Positions 60,493 to 64,000 of a DNA stretch of 64,000 nucleotides are shown piece by piece. The translations under genes were made by a program, and so were the position numbers. Location of the stretch: NCBI GenBank assembly GCA_965197905.1, contig CBDAOB010000002.1:32001-96000 (forward strand), given 5' to 3'. The stretch's first letter is position 1, and every line of letters starts with the position of its first letter. The notes under the pieces were generated by a model that searched no databases, was not told the origin of the DNA, and saw only the letters and a list, made by a program, of their open reading frames with translations. The DNA is from Candidatus Latescibacterota bacterium (lineage in GTDB: Bacteria > Latescibacterota > UBA2968 > UBA8231).

Positions 60493-61596
60493 TTACCAGT
60501 CGACCACAGAGCCGTCGTCGGTCGAATACGATTCTGGATTCCGCCAATCGTGGTCGATTTTGTCTTCCATCGAGTTTTCATCGAGCTCGATACCCAGCCC
60601 CGGTGCGGTGGGCAATTCGACGAAACCATCATCGAAAACGAAGGGTTGCTGCAAATACCCCTCGCCCAGGGTCGTATGTTCCTGCGCCAGGAAATTCGGA
60701 ATGGTAGCATCGAGCTGGAGGCACGCTGCCAGCGATATCGGGCCCAGGGGGTTGTGGGGCGCGATAGCGGCGTAATACGATTCCGCCATGCCCGCGATCA
60801 GTCGTACCTCGAAGATGCCACCGGCGTGACACAGGTCGGGCTGCAATATGGCCGCCGCCCGCTTCTCGAGTATTTCGCGAAAACCCCACTTGGTGAAGAC
60901 CCGTTCACCGGTGGCGATGGGCAGGTGAGTACCCCGTGCGATATCCGCCAGCACATCCACGTTCTGGCACTGTGCCGGCTCCTCCACGAACATCGGTTGG
61001 TACGGCTCGAGCTCCTTGATCAACAGCCGCGCGGTTTGCGGGCTGATGGCGCCGTGGAAATCGATGGCCAGATCGCGGTCGGGTCCCACCGCCTCCCGCA
61101 ACGTCGCAAAATGACTGATCGCATGGTCCACGAACCTCTTGTTTTCCACAATGCGCGCCGGACGACCGCCATTTACCCCGGTCTTGAACGCCGTGAATCC
61201 CGCCTTCATCCCTTGCTGCACATCTTCGAGGGTCCCGGCGCCTTTGTACAATCTTATGCGGTCACGAGTGGGTCCCCCTAACAAACGATAGACTGGCACT
61301 CCGAGAGATTTCCCCGCCAGATCCCACAGTGCCTGCTCGACGCCGCTCAGGGCGCTGGTGAGCACTGGACCGCCGCGGTAAAAGGCATGTCGGTACATCG
61401 CCTGCCAGTGATGTACCACCCGACTCGGATCCTTGCCGATTAGATACGGCTCCAATTCAGCGACCGCCTCGGCGCAGGTTCTCGCACGGCCCTCCAGTAT
61501 GGGCTCCCCAAGGCCTACCAGTCCTTCATCGGTAAACATCTTGAGGAACAGCCAGCGGGGTTTGACCAGAAATGTCTCGAGTTTGGTGATTTTCAT
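60493..61596 (-). CDS. dgoD: D-galactonate dehydratase
   Basis: MKITKLETFLVKPRWLFLK, FYRGGP, IDFHG, EEP, ATGER, APHNPLGP, DGSVVDW. Confidence 0.9.
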   Translation of the reverse strand: MKITKLETFLVKPRWLFLKMFTDEGLVGLGEPILEGRARTCAEAVAELEPYLIGKDPSRVVHHWQAMYRHAFYRGGPVLTSALSGVEQALWDLAGKSLGVPVYRLLGGPTRDRIRLYKGAGTLEDVQQGMKAGFTAFKTGVNGGRPARIVENKRFVDHAISHFATLREAVGPDRDLAIDFHGAISPQTARLLIKELEPYQPMFVEEPAQCQNVDVLADIARGTHLPIATGERVFTKWGFREILEKRAAAILQPDLCHAGGIFEVRLIAGMAESYYAAIAPHNPLGPISLAACLQLDATIPNFLAQEHTTLGEGYLQQPFVFDDGFVELPTAPGLGIELDENSMEDKIDHDWRNPESYSTDDGSVVDW

Positions 61597-61728
61597 GATT
61601 CTACCCGTCGTTGGTCCCTTTTTCGTAGATTCTCATCCGTCCCCGAGTATGACCTGCTGAAAACGGCACCGCTCGAGCGCGTGGAAATTAGACCACAAAC
61701 CTCGCCGCGGTAAAGCCAGGAGGAATGA

Positions 61729-64000
61729 ATGACCCGACTCAACAGATTTCAGATCGTTCTCGGTGCCCTCGTCGTCATCGTCGTAGGCGGGGTAATCGCG
61801 AGCTTCTACACCGACTTTCTTTGGTTCCAGAGCCTGAAGCAACAGGGCGTCTTCTGGCGTATCGTCAAAGCTCGCTGGGGAGCCGCGTTTGTCTTCGGAA
61901 TACCGGCAGCGCTGCTGGTGGGATTGAACCTGTGGCTGGCGGAGCGTTTCACCCGCCAGGCTTTGCTGGCCGGCACCTTCTTTCGCGACGAAAGCGCGGA
62001 GGGTCAAACGGTGCCTCCATCTCGCATCGGGTATCTGGTGGTGGGAGCGGTCGTCGTTTTGTTGCTGGGGAACATCGGCGCCTCACAGTGGCCGCTGCTG
62101 CTGCGATATTTCAACGATCAACCGTTCAACCTGACGGATCCGCTTTTCTCGAAGGACGTCGGGTTCTACGTCTTTGCGCTTCCGTTCTATCGATTCTTCG
62201 CCAACTACCTGCTCGGCAGTCTCATTCTTGCCGGCGTCCTAGTCGGGTTGATCTACCTGGCCGGCGGCTCCATACGTGTGCAGGAACGCATCCAGATGCT
62301 GCCCAAGGCGCTTGCCCATCTCTCGGCGCTGTTCGGCCTCTTTCTACTGGATGTCGCCTGGATATATCGACTGAAGGTGTACGGGCTGCTCTACTCGGAA
62401 GGCGACGTGGTATTCGGGGCCGGTTACGCCGACGTAAAGGTCGAGATCTGGGTCTACTGGCTGCTGGTGCTCGTCTTCATCGCTGCGGCCGGACTTCAGT
62501 TCGCCAACACGCGCGCCCTCGGCAAACGCTTTCCCATGATCGGTCTCGCCGCGCTGGCAGTTGGGGTTGCCATCGTCAGCTGGCTGCCCGCGGCGGTGAT
62601 CCAGAAGCTGGTCGTGCAACCCAGTGAGCTGTCCCGTGAAACCCCCTATCTGGAATACAACATCGCCGCGACGCGCCATGCCTTCGGTTTGGATCGCATC
62701 GTGGAAGAACCGTTCGAAGCGTCCGAGGACCTCAGCCGAGCCGACGTGGAGGCGAATCCCCTGACCATTCGAAACGTGCCGATCTGGGACGAGCGTCCGT
62801 TGGTGCAAACCTACCAGCAGGTTCAGGAGATCAGACCGTACTACGTCTTTGCCGGCGTCGACGTCGATCGTTACCGGGTGGAGGGGGTCTACCGCCAGGT
62901 CATGCTGTCGGCTCGTGAGATGGACACTGGTCGGCTTCCCGCCCAGGCGCGCAACTGGGTGAATGAACGGCTTCAGTACACCCATGGATACGGGGTCGCT
63001 CTGAGTCCGGTTGACCACGTAACGCCCGAAGGTCTGCCAGCACTGATGGTCAAAGACATCCCACCGGTGTTTCCGAAAGGCTTAGAGATCGAACGGCCAG
63101 AGCTCTACTACGGGGAAGGGGAGATGGGGTACGTCTTGGTCAATACCGGGGTGCAAGAATTCGACTATCCGAAAGGGGATGACAACCAATTCTCCACCTA
63201 CGAGGGAACCGGGGGGGTGGAGATGGGCGGTTTCTTGGGTCGCCTGACGTTCGCTATTCGCTTCAGGGATATCAACCTGTTCCTGAGTAACTACATCGAA
63301 CCCCAAAGCCGGATCATGTTGCGACGCCAGATACATGATCGCGCGGAGGCGATCGCACCCTACCTGCAGTACGATTCCGATCCCTACCTGGTCATCTCCG
63401 AGGGGCGGCTAGTCTGGATTCTCGACGCCTATTCGACAACCGACATGTATCCGTACGCCACCCGTGGAGGACGTTCATACATCAACTATATCCGCAATTC
63501 GGTGAAGGTGGTGATGGATGCGTACGATGGCACGTTAACCTACTACCGGATGGATGTGGAAGACCCGATCATCGCTGCCTACGACGAGATGTTTCCTGGT
63601 CTGTTCGTGCCGGCAGCGACGATGTCTGCGGATCTGAAGGCGCATCTGAGATACCCGAAGGATATGTTTAAGCTGCAGGCGACCCTCTACCGCAGCTACC
63701 ACATGCAGGACGTCCGCCTGTTCTACAACCAAGAGGATCTTTGGGAGATCCCGAACGAGATCTACAGCGATCATGCGCAGATGATTCAGCCGTATTACAT
63801 CATCGTAAAGCTGCCCGGTGAAGAGCGCGAAGAGTTCCTGCTGATGGCTCCGTTCACCCCGGCGAGAAAGGATAACATGATCGGCTGGATGGCGGCCCGC
63901 TGCGACGGTGACAACTACGGGGATCTGCTCGTTTACCGCTTGCCCAAGGACCGCATGATCTTCGGCCCCATGCAGCTGGAGGCGCGCATCGATCAGCAGC
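61729..64000 (+). CDS. UPF0182 family membrane protein, partial
   Basis: Not in the ORF track (no stop). ATG follows AGGAGG. YTDFLWFQSL, DPLFSKDVGFYVF, YTHGYG, NYIRNSVK, GPMQLEARIDQ. Confidence 0.93.
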   Translation, partial: MTRLNRFQIVLGALVVIVVGGVIASFYTDFLWFQSLKQQGVFWRIVKARWGAAFVFGIPAALLVGLNLWLAERFTRQALLAGTFFRDESAEGQTVPPSRIGYLVVGAVVVLLLGNIGASQWPLLLRYFNDQPFNLTDPLFSKDVGFYVFALPFYRFFANYLLGSLILAGVLVGLIYLAGGSIRVQERIQMLPKALAHLSALFGLFLLDVAWIYRLKVYGLLYSEGDVVFGAGYADVKVEIWVYWLLVLVFIAAAGLQFANTRALGKRFPMIGLAALAVGVAIVSWLPAAVIQKLVVQPSELSRETPYLEYNIAATRHAFGLDRIVEEPFEASEDLSRADVEANPLTIRNVPIWDERPLVQTYQQVQEIRPYYVFAGVDVDRYRVEGVYRQVMLSAREMDTGRLPAQARNWVNERLQYTHGYGVALSPVDHVTPEGLPALMVKDIPPVFPKGLEIERPELYYGEGEMGYVLVNTGVQEFDYPKGDDNQFSTYEGTGGVEMGGFLGRLTFAIRFRDINLFLSNYIEPQSRIMLRRQIHDRAEAIAPYLQYDSDPYLVISEGRLVWILDAYSTTDMYPYATRGGRSYINYIRNSVKVVMDAYDGTLTYYRMDVEDPIIAAYDEMFPGLFVPAATMSADLKAHLRYPKDMFKLQATLYRSYHMQDVRLFYNQEDLWEIPNEIYSDHAQMIQPYYIIVKLPGEEREEFLLMAPFTPARKDNMIGWMAARCDGDNYGDLLVYRLPKDRMIFGPMQLEARIDQQ

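Noticed and set aside
61725..62627. 300-aa ORF in the track
   Set aside because: Wrong frame; the real gene is UPF0182 starting at 61729.

Overview
GC-rich bacterial window. Its gene content (FlgD-Ig-tailed secreted proteins, many PhyH dioxygenases, aldo-keto reductases and glycosidases) resembles Latescibacterota/Poribacteria-like genomes; this taxonomy is an inference. Positions 1-6.0 kb hold an unusual integron-like locus on the minus strand. It has at least four gene cassettes delimited by attC-like hairpins and an attI-like junction at about 4835. Its tyrosine recombinase is co-oriented with and upstream of the array, carries an extra HARP-like N-terminal segment and has an internal deletion. 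One attC is split by a 749-nt ORF-less group II intron whose EBS1 matches the attC arm it entered. All four cassette starts share an outer CATG, mirrored by CGTG at the three visible ends, and the three complete cassettes have 15-24 bp terminal complementarity. Positions 6-41.8 kb are mostly carbohydrate/redox catabolism (GH38, GH29, GH141-like, GH95-like, PL11-like, AKRs, PhyH), with two tandem duplications and a secreted-protein/outer-membrane-protein pair. Positions 41.9-48.1 kb are a compact sigma-54 regulon: a GAF-PAS-AAA+ activator, two consensus -24/-12 promoters and shared GATATATC enhancer sites. It appears to drive an isochorismatase-like hydrolase, a CxxC-less thioredoxin, a PNPOx-FNR-ferredoxin fusion and a deiodinase-like protein. 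Positions 48-64 kb hold more catabolic genes, dgoD and a partial UPF0182 gene. No rRNA, tRNA or CRISPR array was seen.
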